Assembly: GCA_964036045.1 (NCBI GenBank)
Contig: OZ038378.1
Span: 4,154,001-4,218,000, forward strand
DNA: 64,000 nucleotides
Reading direction: 5' to 3'
From: Eutreptiella sp. 'Long Island Sound 2002'
Lineage: Eukaryota; Protista; Euglenida
Translations under genes and position numbers: made by a program
The notes under the pieces: model-generated
The model's database searches: none
What the model was told of the DNA's origin: nothing
What the model saw: the letters and a program-made list of their open reading frames with translations, nothing else
In this document: piece by piece, positions 23,779-33,978 of the stretch
Numbering within the stretch: the first letter of the stretch is position 1
How the letters are laid out: each line of letters starts with the position of its first letter

Positions 23779-25233
23779 GGTACCCGCCCCCCTTGTGTAA
23801 GCTACGCAACTTCCCAATGCAATACAGTCCCTACACCTACGGTAGCTTAGACAACGCTGTAGCGTACGCGCAACACATACAACTACCCAGATGCACATCA
23901 GTGCCTGAATGGTATGAGTGCACCTTAACCTCCACCCACGTTCTCAAAGGCATGCAAACACAAGAAAGTGTTTGAACAGGAAATTTCAGGTTCACGCCCA
24001 TGTTCCCACGAGCAATGAAGCATGAGAAACCTACAAATGTTCGGCTTGGAAGGGTTCAGCAACGGGGAAGGTGACAGTGGTATGCCTGGCTTGGGAGAAA
24101 GGGACAGGGACCAGATGAAGATCTCAACTCTTTGAACGGGGGCACAGGGGTGTGGGACCACCTGCCCACCCTTTATGCGCTCCAGCACCGCAAACAGTTC
24201 ACCCTTCTCCGATGGTCCCTTCGTTGTCCCACCCATGTGCTCACCAGTGGAATGTGGGAAAATAACTGGACACCCAGGCACAAAAAGAGAAGATTGCATG
24301 GTGAGCTGATGTCAAGAAGGGGACACTTCAGTCATGACGGAGCTTAAATGTCGCAAACCCCGCTTCACATGACTAAGGTCTCACTGAGCGCCAAACAGGC
24401 ACAAGAAAGCTGCAGATGCATTGAGGCTGAGTGCAGAGAAATCACAGTGGCAAACATGATGTGTTGAGAACGTCACATATGCTCGCGTCCTCTCCTACAC
24501 CCATCCCCACCTTTCCCTTTCTATCCCATGCAGCCTCAACACTCATGTTCATAGACTCATGCATCATCAAGTACATGTGGATGCACACAGATGCATACCA
24601 TGCATGCAGTACAACAGCATCAGACAGGTTAGGGCAGGTCACTCTGAAAACCAAAAGCGCCTTCCAACCTTCACGCTAAAAATCTGCTGTCCAATTGCAC
24701 TACAATTCAATGCAATGACAAAAATAACAAAACCTGCTCCCAACACCCCATGTGCACAACACAGTGGGAGTCTCCCCCTACACCTACAATACAGCGGTTA
24801 TCTGTGCATCTGCCCTCTGCTGACCAGTGCAGCAGCTTCGCCTGTGAGAAAAATTAACAGAGCATATAGCAGTCAAAAGGTCTCAGAAGGGCTGGCTTCC
24901 ACCGAATGGTCCCTTCGTTGTCCCACCCACGCGCTCACCGGTGGAATGTGTGAAAATAACTGGACCCCCAGGCACAAAAAGAGAAGATTGCACGGTGAGC
25001 TGGTGTCAAGAAGGGGAATATGTTGCAAAAATATTACCAAGATTATGTGGGTTCAAATGGGCAAATATTCAGAACAAATGGGTCCATGACTCTATGCAAA
25101 TGGCATATTTGTCACCAAACTCATGTCTTACTACATTTGGTATCGAATTAAATTAGGACCCAAATTAACCTGGTCCCTACGCCCACTGTATCTTAGACAA
25201 GGCCATAGCTTATACAAACGGGGGGGCGGTACC
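23779..25233. mobile_element. Non-autonomous TIR element, family A, copy 2 (~1.45 kb)
   Basis: Left GGTACCCGCCCCCCTTGTGTAAGCTA; right reverse complement GGTACCGCCCCCCCGTTTGTATAAGCTA. Shares both flanking internal segments with 2250-2845. Contains a ~110-bp internal direct repeat (~24207-24325 and ~24907-25017). Confidence 0.65.
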
Positions 25234-25517
25234 TCCTCACCGCATGCACCAGGCAACAAGGAAAGGGGGCCACTGGGTGCATACCATGTCAGTCCCGAAA
25301 CCCTGGCTCCCCTAGTGCATGGAATCATGCAGACGGGCTCTGGCCAAAGTAGCTGAGTACCCTACTTTACGAACTTCAGGTGGTGCCTGTGATCCTCCCA
25401 AATGAAGTCACTCTTGGCACACCTTGGGAGAGGCGTAGTGGCAGGGGGTTCACTTGGTGCAGTAGCACTCCCTGAAAACCCCCCTGCGCACAATTTTCAG
25501 AAATACATGCTGAACAT

Positions 25518-25608
25518 GCAGAAATTTTTTTACCAGTGATTCTTTTTTCGGAGCGCAGAATTTTTTTTACCAGTGAATCTTTTTTCGGAGCGCAGAAATT
25601 TTTTTTTG
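25518..25608. repeat. ~37-bp tandem repeat, 2.4 copies
   Basis: GCAGAA(A/T)TTTTTTTACCAGTGA(T/A)TCTTTTTCGGAGC repeated. Confidence 0.85.
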
Positions 25609-27802
25609 CACACAATTCCACGGTGGGGCTCAACCGGGCTCATGCATGATACAGGGCTGTTTCTGGGTACTTGTGGTCAGAGACGGGGTTTTAAGGCAGC
25701 GATTGTCCCTTTGGCACCAGCCACGGGTCTCACCTGAGTGCTGCTGCTCCCAGTCACTGCCTCTGGTCCAAAGCCGGCCCAGTGCATGTATATATGGCCA
25801 GATCTATAACAGGGCACACATTGCTTGGTGTGCTCACTTGTTAAATAATTGGGCCGTGCTTCTGCAACTTGCCATCCCACCCCACCCCACGTGGTGGGCA
25901 GAAGGGGGATGGGGGCAGATGCAGTTTTGGCAGCGGGCAGAAAAGACCACATGTACTGCACACTGGAAATCCTTTCGGCAACACCGCATGGTGTGCATGC
26001 TCCCACGCAATGCAAAGCCCACCAGCCCCCCCACCAGACAACGGAAACACCCATAATCATAATTGCATGTCGGCCAAAATAAGCCACAAATCAGGAGACC
26101 AAACTGAGAGCACACAAGGGGGGAGGTTGCACACAGCGTGGGCACAGCGCCAATATTTGGTAGACTTCACAGAACCCAGCCCCAAAACCACCAGCCACCG
26201 AAACCACCACATGCAATTGGCCAAAAGCAAAAACGAGAAACAACTGGATGCAATGCAACCTCAGTTTGAAGACAGTCTTTGAGCATAGGAACACTCCTAC
26301 CAACAAAAGAGGGGTAGAATTTGGCGACTTTGCCCCCGCCCACATGGTAATCCCCAACGTTCAATGAGGGGCGAAATTTGCTCACAGCGCGTGCACAGCA
26401 CACGAGGCACCCCCAGGATTGTCAAACTCATCCAGCCTTGCCAAACAGAATGGCCGTGATCGCCGCTGCTTTGAAAACTGGCTGAGGGACATCATTTTCC
26501 AAGGTTACATCAGCTGCCTGGCCTTAGTAATTAGCGACCTAGCTTTTGTTTTTAACAATTACATGCCATCCATCACTGTGCAACCAACACAGTAGCCTGG
26601 GGTTGCATTGATTTTGGACCACCATGTCTCTCTGCACAAGCACTGGGTTCAAGAAGGTTGCCAATCCAATGCTGGCGGCGGCAAGTAAGGACGCTTCGTC
26701 AGGCCACACGGCCGAATCTCCGCGCCGCATCACAGACTCGCTCCTCAACAGGCGAGCCTTCTTGCATGGTCCAATGAGCAGGCTCCACAAGACACATGCA
26801 TTAGTCACCAGTTTTACTTCGAACTGGTGCATCAGCATTGCGGTCTTTTTGGTGAACCTCGGACCACTTTAATATCCACGTCTGTGTGATACCCTTCACA
26901 GCCCGTCATACACTGCTCAGAGTGCCCCTGTGTCTCCCGGCCTACCAGGGTGCATGCTGCTGCCCCTGAAAGCAGATAACCTGCAGAGCAGAAGCCTGAG
27001 TCCGTGCTGCAGGTGGATTGTAGAGTGGCTCCTTTTCAAATCCAAAAAACGCCCATGGGGCTCGATCACGTTGGCACCCCAGCCGCAGGTTGTGGATTGG
27101 AATGTGGAGTGTTCCATCAAGGCTGGTAGGTTTGAGTGTAGTACAACCAGGGTCCATTCGCATGCTTGCTTTGCATCCCCGCCCCCCCCCCCCTCCGAAG
27201 GCTCCGCCAGAGGCCCTGAAAATGACAGTTTCGGCGGGGAGCAGTGACTGTGCAAGGGTACAGAACCTTTACAAAACCGTGCCCCGTGCCCCAAACCCCA
27301 CAGGGTTCCGGGCACAAATGCAGGCACAAATGCAGCACCAGACATTGGTGACTGCAGGACACACAATGCGAACAGATCTTGAGTGAAAACACACACTTTC
27401 CAGCCATAACCTCACCACAACACCACACAAAACGAACTGAAAACCCAAACGGAACCGTCAAATTGATGGTTCTAAAATTGACGGTTTCACCGGGTTGTGG
27501 TGACTGCACAGGCTGGTGCCTGCGCAAGGGGAGGGGGGGATGCGTGGAAAGTGAGTGTTGGAGGGGAAGCAAGCAAAAAAACCGCCCATGGTCCACGCTC
27601 TGGTCCGGCTTCGGAAGCAACGTGCCCCGCCGCGGCCACACATGCCCCCTTCACTCGGCGAACACTTTGATGGCGGAACGAGGAACCAGGTCGCATGTGG
27701 GCGCGCGGGGGCCAGGAGGCGTCAAGCAGCACAGCAACGGCGGAAGCACAAACCCCACCGCACGCGTGCACCCACGTCTGTTTCCTCAGGCAGCGTGGGG
27801 GG

Positions 27803-30325
27803 CTACAGTTTGCGGGGTGCACTCGGAGATGCTGAAGGCCACAGCGGCGCGTGTCCCCCCGCGTGTGCTCCCGCCACTCGTTCCCTGGACGAGGTGTGGG
27901 GCTGCCTTTCGCTGGTTGCAGTCGGATATGTGGGGGGGCGGGCCGCGGTTGGGGACGGGGGGCTGGGGGGCACCACCGGCAGCACATACACCTCCGTGCG
28001 TGCGCCCGCACCTCGTTCCCCAGACGGGGTGGGGGGCTGCTTTTCGCTGGGTGCACTTGTAGATGTGGGGGGGCGGGCCACGTGTAGGGGCCGGGGGCTG
28101 CGAGGCCTCCGTGAGTTGGGTGTATCCGGACGTACATGCGTGGCTGGGCTTACGGGCCGTGGCTTGTGGGGGGGCAGGGTAGGGTAGGCAACTGACACCT
28201 CAGGGTAGGCAACTGACACCTCAGGGTAGGTAATTGACACGGGCGTACGCGGACGTACATGAGTAGCTGGGCTTACGGGCCGTGGCTTGTGGGGGGGCAG
28301 GGTAGGGTAGGCAACTGACACCTCAGGGTAGGCAACTGACACCTCAGGATAGGCAATTGAAACCGCAGGTGGCGAAGCCGTCTTGTACCCCTGGACATGC
28401 GGGTGCGTCCATGGGGAGTTGGGTGGAACTCCCAGGGGAGGAGCCGTGTAGAGCTCGTCAGGGGGCGGATATTTGGTTTCTTCTTCAGATTCTTCTTCGC
28501 GGCGCCGCTTTTCTGCCAACAGGAACCACCAGCAGCAGCAGCAGCAGTAGGGAACGCTCACCAGGGCCAACAGGCTCAGCCACACCCAATCGCTGGAGCT
28601 GCCGGTGCCGCTGGAGCTGCTGGTGCTGCTGGTGCTGCTGGAGCCTGCAAAGCCGATGAAGCTTGAGGTGCTCGGTGCCGTCACCAGGAAACAGCCGACT
28701 TCGAAGGGGGTGCAGTCGGTGATGGTCCCTCCTAGGCTAGTCAGCTCTGTGCCAGTGGTGGAGCTGTCGGCGTAGTGGTACAGCGCCAGCACAGGGACGC
28801 TGCTGCCGAGCCGCAACTCAAAGGTGATGTCCAGGTTGCTAATCATGGTCGTCCCGCTGTAGCGGTAAAACGTGAGGGCGCGGGTCACTATGGCGCCAAC
28901 CCCCGCGGGGGTCTCAAAGGTCTTACCCAACACAGTTGCATCCGTCGGGTCGCTCAGCACCAGCCATCCCAGGGTCACCCCGGACCCCCAGTCCATCACG
29001 TCATACAGTGTGGACGTGTAAGAGGGCGTGGTCAGGGCGCTGGAGCTTGACAGCCAGCACCCAATGGCCAGTTCAGTGGTATTGACCAAGTACGTCTCCC
29101 CATTGCGGCATGGCCCCACGCCGGGGATTGAACCATAGGTGAAGCCCAGGTCCGAGACGGCGGTGTTGAATTGGGTGGGGTCGTTGAAGTTTTGCTGTGC
29201 CACATTCCGCACGCCAAATGTCAGGGCCCCCAGACTGCCCCCGTCGGAGCGAGAGATCGTCAAACTGGACACAGGGCTGCTGAACTGCAGCAGCCCGCTC
29301 CAAGTGTCCCCGACCTCTGCAGGGGTGGTGATGCTGGTGCTGGTCACGCTGACGGCGCTAGTGGGGCCTCCATTGCCTCGGGACTGGGAGAGCACGGTAA
29401 ATGACTGTGACATGGTGTAGGTTACTCCTGAGACATCTAGGATCTGGAACTTTTTGCCGAATTGAACACCACCACAGGGGGGCTCAAGGCAAAAATTTGT
29501 GAGAGTGTCAGTGGGGGTGGGACTGATGATTGGGGTTGGGGAAGTGGTCCTCGTTGGTGTTACAGTGGGGGATGCAGTTGCAGTGGAGGAAGGAGAACAT
29601 GTAGTCGATGGATTCTGGGTAGGGCTCCCCGTTGGCGTTGCAGTGGAGGAAGGAGAAGATGTAGTCGATGGGGTCTGGGTAGGATTCCCCGTTGGCGTTG
29701 CAGTGGGGGATGCAAAGGGTGTATTTGTTGAGGATACTGAAGGGGTTGGAGAGCAGGTTGTGCTTGGCGTACTTGTGCGTGTTGGTGACGAAGAAGGTGT
29801 GGGTGTAATGGAGAGAGTTGGGGTTGGTGACAGGGTTTGTTCTCTGGTGCGAAATCGTGTGGGAGTCGGGGACATGCTTGGGGTTGGTGTGGGCGTGGAG
29901 GACGGTGAGGGCGTGGAGGACGGTGTGGTGCTTGAACTCGGTGTGTGCGTGGAAGACGGTGAGGTGCTTTGCGATGTTGCAGGTGTAACAGTTGGTGTGG
30001 CAGTTGGTGTGGCAGTTGGTGTTGTGGAAGAAGTCCAGTCTACTGCATAGAGCAACAGGTCTGACACAGGGGGAGAGAATGTGAACTCAGTGGCAGTGCT
30101 ATCAATGACGACACTAGAAACACTGACAGGATACAAATATTTGCTACCATCTGCCAACGCTGTCACTGCGGCCTGCGCTGTCGAAACAGAGCCTGATGAC
30201 CAGCCAAGGGCAACATTGCCCAGCACGCCGGTGCCGCAACCTGTTGTGGTGCACCAGGTGGTTCCAACAACATCGGCAATCACGTCGGCATTGGTAGCTA
30301 CATTGGCTACAGGTACGCATTTCAT
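27803..30325 (-). CDS. Mucin-like single-pass membrane (cell-surface) protein, 840-aa ORF; 5' end probably incomplete
   Basis: Uninterrupted 2.5-kb ORF. Ser/Thr/Pro stalk (~29500-30035) between beta-rich segments; hydrophobic helix WVWLSLLALVSVPYCCCCCWWFLLA (~28516-28589) followed by the basic stop-transfer EKRRR; Pro-rich tail. No signal peptide in the ORF. A possible acceptor CCTGTAG (minus) lies near 30309-30315, so an upstream exon is likely. Confidence 0.8.
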   Translation of the reverse strand: MKCVPVANVATNADVIADVVGTTWCTTTGCGTGVLGNVALGWSSGSVSTAQAAVTALADGSKYLYPVSVSSVVIDSTATEFTFSPPVSDLLLYAVDWTSSTTPTATPTATPTVTPATSQSTSPSSTHTPSSSTTPSSTPSPSSTPTPTPSMSPTPTRFRTREQTLSPTPTLSITPTPSSSPTRTSTPSTTCSPTPSVSSTNTPFASPTATPTGNPTQTPSTTSSPSSTATPTGSPTQNPSTTCSPSSTATASPTVTPTRTTSPTPIISPTPTDTLTNFCLEPPCGGVQFGKKFQILDVSGVTYTMSQSFTVLSQSRGNGGPTSAVSVTSTSITTPAEVGDTWSGLLQFSSPVSSLTISRSDGGSLGALTFGVRNVAQQNFNDPTQFNTAVSDLGFTYGSIPGVGPCRNGETYLVNTTELAIGCWLSSSSALTTPSYTSTLYDVMDWGSGVTLGWLVLSDPTDATVLGKTFETPAGVGAIVTRALTFYRYSGTTMISNLDITFELRLGSSVPVLALYHYADSSTTGTELTSLGGTITDCTPFEVGCFLVTAPSTSSFIGFAGSSSTSSTSSSSGTGSSSDWVWLSLLALVSVPYCCCCCWWFLLAEKRRREEESEEETKYPPPDELYTAPPLGVPPNSPWTHPHVQGYKTASPPAVSIAYPEVSVAYPEVSVAYPTLPPHKPRPVSPATHVRPRTPVSITYPEVSVAYPEVSVAYPTLPPHKPRPVSPATHVRPDTPNSRRPRSPRPLHVARPPTSTSAPSEKQPPTPSGERGAGARTEVYVLPVVPPSPPSPTAARPPTYPTATSERQPHTSSRERVAGAHAGGHAPLWPSASPSAPRKL

Positions 30326-30326
30326 A

Positions 30327-30860
30327 AAGTCCGGTCTTCCGGTCTGCCCGGTCTTCCCGTTTCGCGCAGTTTATTCTAGCAAAACTTCTACTTTACGCCG
30401 GTTTACGCAGTTTATGCAGTTTATGCAGACCGAACAGTTTATGCAGTTTATGCGGTTCGTTTTAGTTTACCAGAAGACCGGTCCAGACCGGTCCAGACCG
30501 GTCCTTGAACAAACCGCGTAAAACGATCTAAACGGGCCGGTCCGATCATTTCGAGCAGTTTATGCAGTTTATACAGTTCACATCAAAAACAGGTATAAAC
30601 AGGTCAAACCGGTCGGACCGCCCAGTTTAGCGCGTTTTATGCAGTTTGTTCAAAGACCGGTCCGGACCGGTCCGGTCTGGTCTTTACACGAAGTGAAATG
30701 AACGGTTCGGTCCGGTCGGTTCGATCAGTTCGTCTCGTTTTATGCAGTTGGCGCAGAAGAAGTAAAAACCTTGTAATCCTTGTATCCCTTTTTCGTTTGA
30801 GTTCGTTTGAGTTGGTACAAAGACCGGTCTAGACCAGTCTTGTGATCTGCCAAACTGGTC
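30327..30860. repeat. Low-complexity block of ACCGGT/GACCGGTC palindromes and GCAGTTTAT repeats
   Basis: For example AAGACCGGTCCAGACCGGTCCAGACCGGTCC (~30475-30504) and AAGACCGGTCCGGACCGGTCCGGTCTGGTCTT (~30652-30683); multiple GCAGTTTATGCAGTTT. Confidence 0.85.
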
Positions 30861-32677
30861 TACATGCAAAACTCTAATCCTTCGTTGAATCATCAAAAAA
30901 CACCAAAACCACAAGATCCGCCACATGCAAATACCCCTGACCCAACTTTTCACACAAAAGTCACAATTTGCACAAAAATCCAGACCGGACAAGACCGTTG
31001 TGCTAGTAGCCAAAGGAATAAGCGTGATTGCAAACAGGAACGTCAAAAAGGCAGAGGCTCGGTGATGCTGCTTGGCTGCAAACAATGAAATCATCTTGAA
31101 AAAGATATGCTTCAGGCCTGTGGTGAAATGAAAGTAACCCTGTGCCACTATCCCTTCCTTCGATTTTTGAGTTTCCTGCGATGCACAGAAAGCCAATGGC
31201 TTCATCTTTGCCTTGACAGCCAAATGATGCATCGACTCTGCACAACCGTGATTCAGTGCACAAAAAGTGAAAACGTGTCCCCTAGCTAACAACTTCATGA
31301 TGAAAGATTGCACCCATCTTTTTGCTGTGTGATCACTAGAGTCCTTGTTAGAGAAAAACAAACATGCAGGGCTGATGGTGAAGACAGCATCGGTCCCTTG
31401 GTCAGTTGTGGACACCATAAATGACATTTATCGCTCCACCATGGCCATAGCACGGGAGGCCTCACTACCACAAAGCATCAGCAATGAGGTCCACTTTGTG
31501 CAAAGGCAAAACTTTTCCTTCCACGGTACCCAACGAATGGAACTTGCAACTTGGGTGACGGTTGATGTTGGTTGTCAGCGTGCTTGTTTAGTTCCATCCT
31601 AGACTTGCAACCCCTCCCCCCCCCTCCTCCCGGGAGTCCGCAATTTACAGTCAATATCGACACACATGCAATTGTGCAATGCTCGATACCACGAATCTTG
31701 CATGGGTGAGGGTGCCAAGGATGGTTCCATGCGCAGCCCTTGTTGCCCAAGTGAGTAATGATAATCTATCATTCGCATTCAGATTCACCTTCTCTCATGT
31801 CTTTCCTTCTCTTTGGTGCACTCGGATTCGGAGGACAAATGCAACAGAACTAACCACACAAATAAACATAAATGCTAATCAAAGGTGACTTGTCGAAACT
31901 ATCTTGTATAGTGCATGTACAGTGGAGGCTTTTTTTCCCATGCCGGCGGCAGGGTGTGGAGTCCATAAAGAGAGGTGAAAAGCTCAATCTAAGTCTAGAG
32001 GCAATGTTTGCTTTGATAATACGAGACCGTCATACCGCCTCCATGTGTTGATACCTTTGGTTCATGGTCATAACACTTGGGACTTCTCTTGTGAGCCAAC
32101 CTGCACACTCCATCGCTGTTTCGGTTTAGCCTCAAATGCATTTGTGAGCAGTCTTGTGCTTGTACACCCTACCGGCTTCAAAGTACTCATGTCATCCAAT
32201 AGTTCACTTCTTCCGCTTTGCTTTTGCTTTGCCTCTTGCAATGTGTCAAGGGAAACTACTACCTTAACGTCGGTGTGGTTAACCCGTCTCGTTCACACTC
32301 GTTCGGCCTTGCACGCAGCTTCATGATCATCTAATGAGTTTGTGTTGGTGCTGAGCGTGCTCTTGTAAGTTGGTTTCTGCCAAAAAAGGGCTGTAATAAC
32401 CCCCTTTAAAAAAAGACCAAGCTATTCACCCGTTTTACCCGCAGTAAAATAGCCCGTTTTACTGCCGGTAAAACGGGTGAATACCCTGTTTTTACATTGT
32501 GCGGCACCATGTTTTTACATTGTGCGGCACCATGGGCGCAGTGTGCGGTGCGCGCACAATGCAACTAGTTGGCAATCTAGCGGTATCGCCACATCTCATC
32601 ATGTTGACAGCATGCCTATTGCTTCAATAGGGGGCATGCTTTGTGATGTCCCCTTCAATCCGAATCAGGCAAGTTGT

Positions 32678-32681
<4 letters not shown>

Positions 32682-32723
<42 letters not shown>

Positions 32724-33926
32724 CTACACCCCTCTCCCCTTAAATTTAGCTAACAACAAGCAACAAGCAACAACAAGCAACAACAACAACAACACGTCTC
32801 CTTGCCGTTTTGGCCATTGCTCCGTCCCAACGCTTCGGATCATTTGCCCATGTAGCCATCTTGGAGCCTAGGTGGTGGCCTTGCCAAATCCAAGTTTTGA
32901 GCCAAAAACTCACCAGTGGCGGCCCGGGGCGGTGGCGCCAAGTCGGGAGGTGCCCTCCCAAATCTGCGCTGTTTTGGGCCAAAAACAGCCAATTTTCGCC
33001 CAAAACAGCCCTAGTAAGGGTTCAAAACAGCCAAACGAAGGCAAACGGCTGCTACACTCCATGTGCGGCTTGACTTTCTCGTGACCAAGGGACCTTTGGT
33101 GCCCTCTAACTCCACGATATGTCCGAGAAACGGCCCAAAAAGGCGCCAAAAAGCCCCAAAAACTGCGCAATGTGCACCAGCACCCCGAAACCAAGAACGG
33201 GCCGTATCTTGGGCTACGTGGCTCAAAAACGAATTCCGAGGGCACCTAGTCCACCCGCAACCCCCCACTTTTTATGGTTTCGAAGCCTCAGACTCGCCCA
33301 ACGAGACACGTAAACCCCCGTACCAGTGGTCACTTGGTGCAGCCGGAGGGCCGGCCAGCCCACGCACAATGGGGGCCAACGGTGGGTCCACCAGGGTCCC
33401 CGGGGCGAAAAAAATGATTTTTTTCCAAAGTTGTTCCTAGACCACTTGGGATGCTCAAACAAGTGTTTTTAGGCCGTTTTGAGCCCGTGGTGGCGCGTTT
33501 TGGCCCATGGAAAATCCCAAAATGCCTTGAAAATGGGCCATTTTGGGACCAACAATGCGTCAAAAATGGGTCAAAAACGCATTTTACCAAAAATGATCCT
33601 GGACCATTTATGATGCTCAAACAAGTGGTTTTAGCCCATTTTGAGCCCGTGGCGACGGGTTTTGGCTCATGGAAAATCCCAAAATGCCTTGAAAATGGGC
33701 CATTTTGGGACCAAAAATGGGTCAAAAATGGGTGAAAAACGCGATTTTCCAAAAGTGATCCCGGACCATTTGGGATGCTCAAACAAGTGTTTTTAGCCCG
33801 TTTTCAGCCCGTTTTGACCGAGTTTAGCCCCTTCCAGCACATGTATGCACCACTTTGTGCCCTTTGCACCTACCTTGGAGCCGCATGGTGGAGCCACCTA
33901 GAGTTGGGAGAGGGGTGTAGATTGGA

Positions 33927-33975
<49 letters not shown>
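32682..33975. mobile_element. ~1.3-kb insertion bounded by (AT)n tracts, with a 15-bp internal inverted repeat
   Basis: (AT)~19 at 32682-32720 and (AT)~23 at 33929-33975; CTACACCCCTCTCCC (32724-32738) / GGGAGAGGGGTGTAG (33906-33920). Removing the block restores the transposase reading (SCI-YRATVAID). Confidence 0.7.
33420..33830. repeat. 162-bp tandem repeat, ~2.4 copies, inside the (AT)n-bounded insertion
   Basis: ATGCTCAAACAAGTG at 33451, 33613 and 33775. Confidence 0.92.

Positions 33976-33978
<3 letters not shown>

Noticed and set aside
30684-31600. Possible vWA-like pseudogene on the minus strand (PFVGYRG, FMVSTTD)
   Set aside because: The motifs are short, in different frames, and no MIDAS motif is visible; too weak to call.
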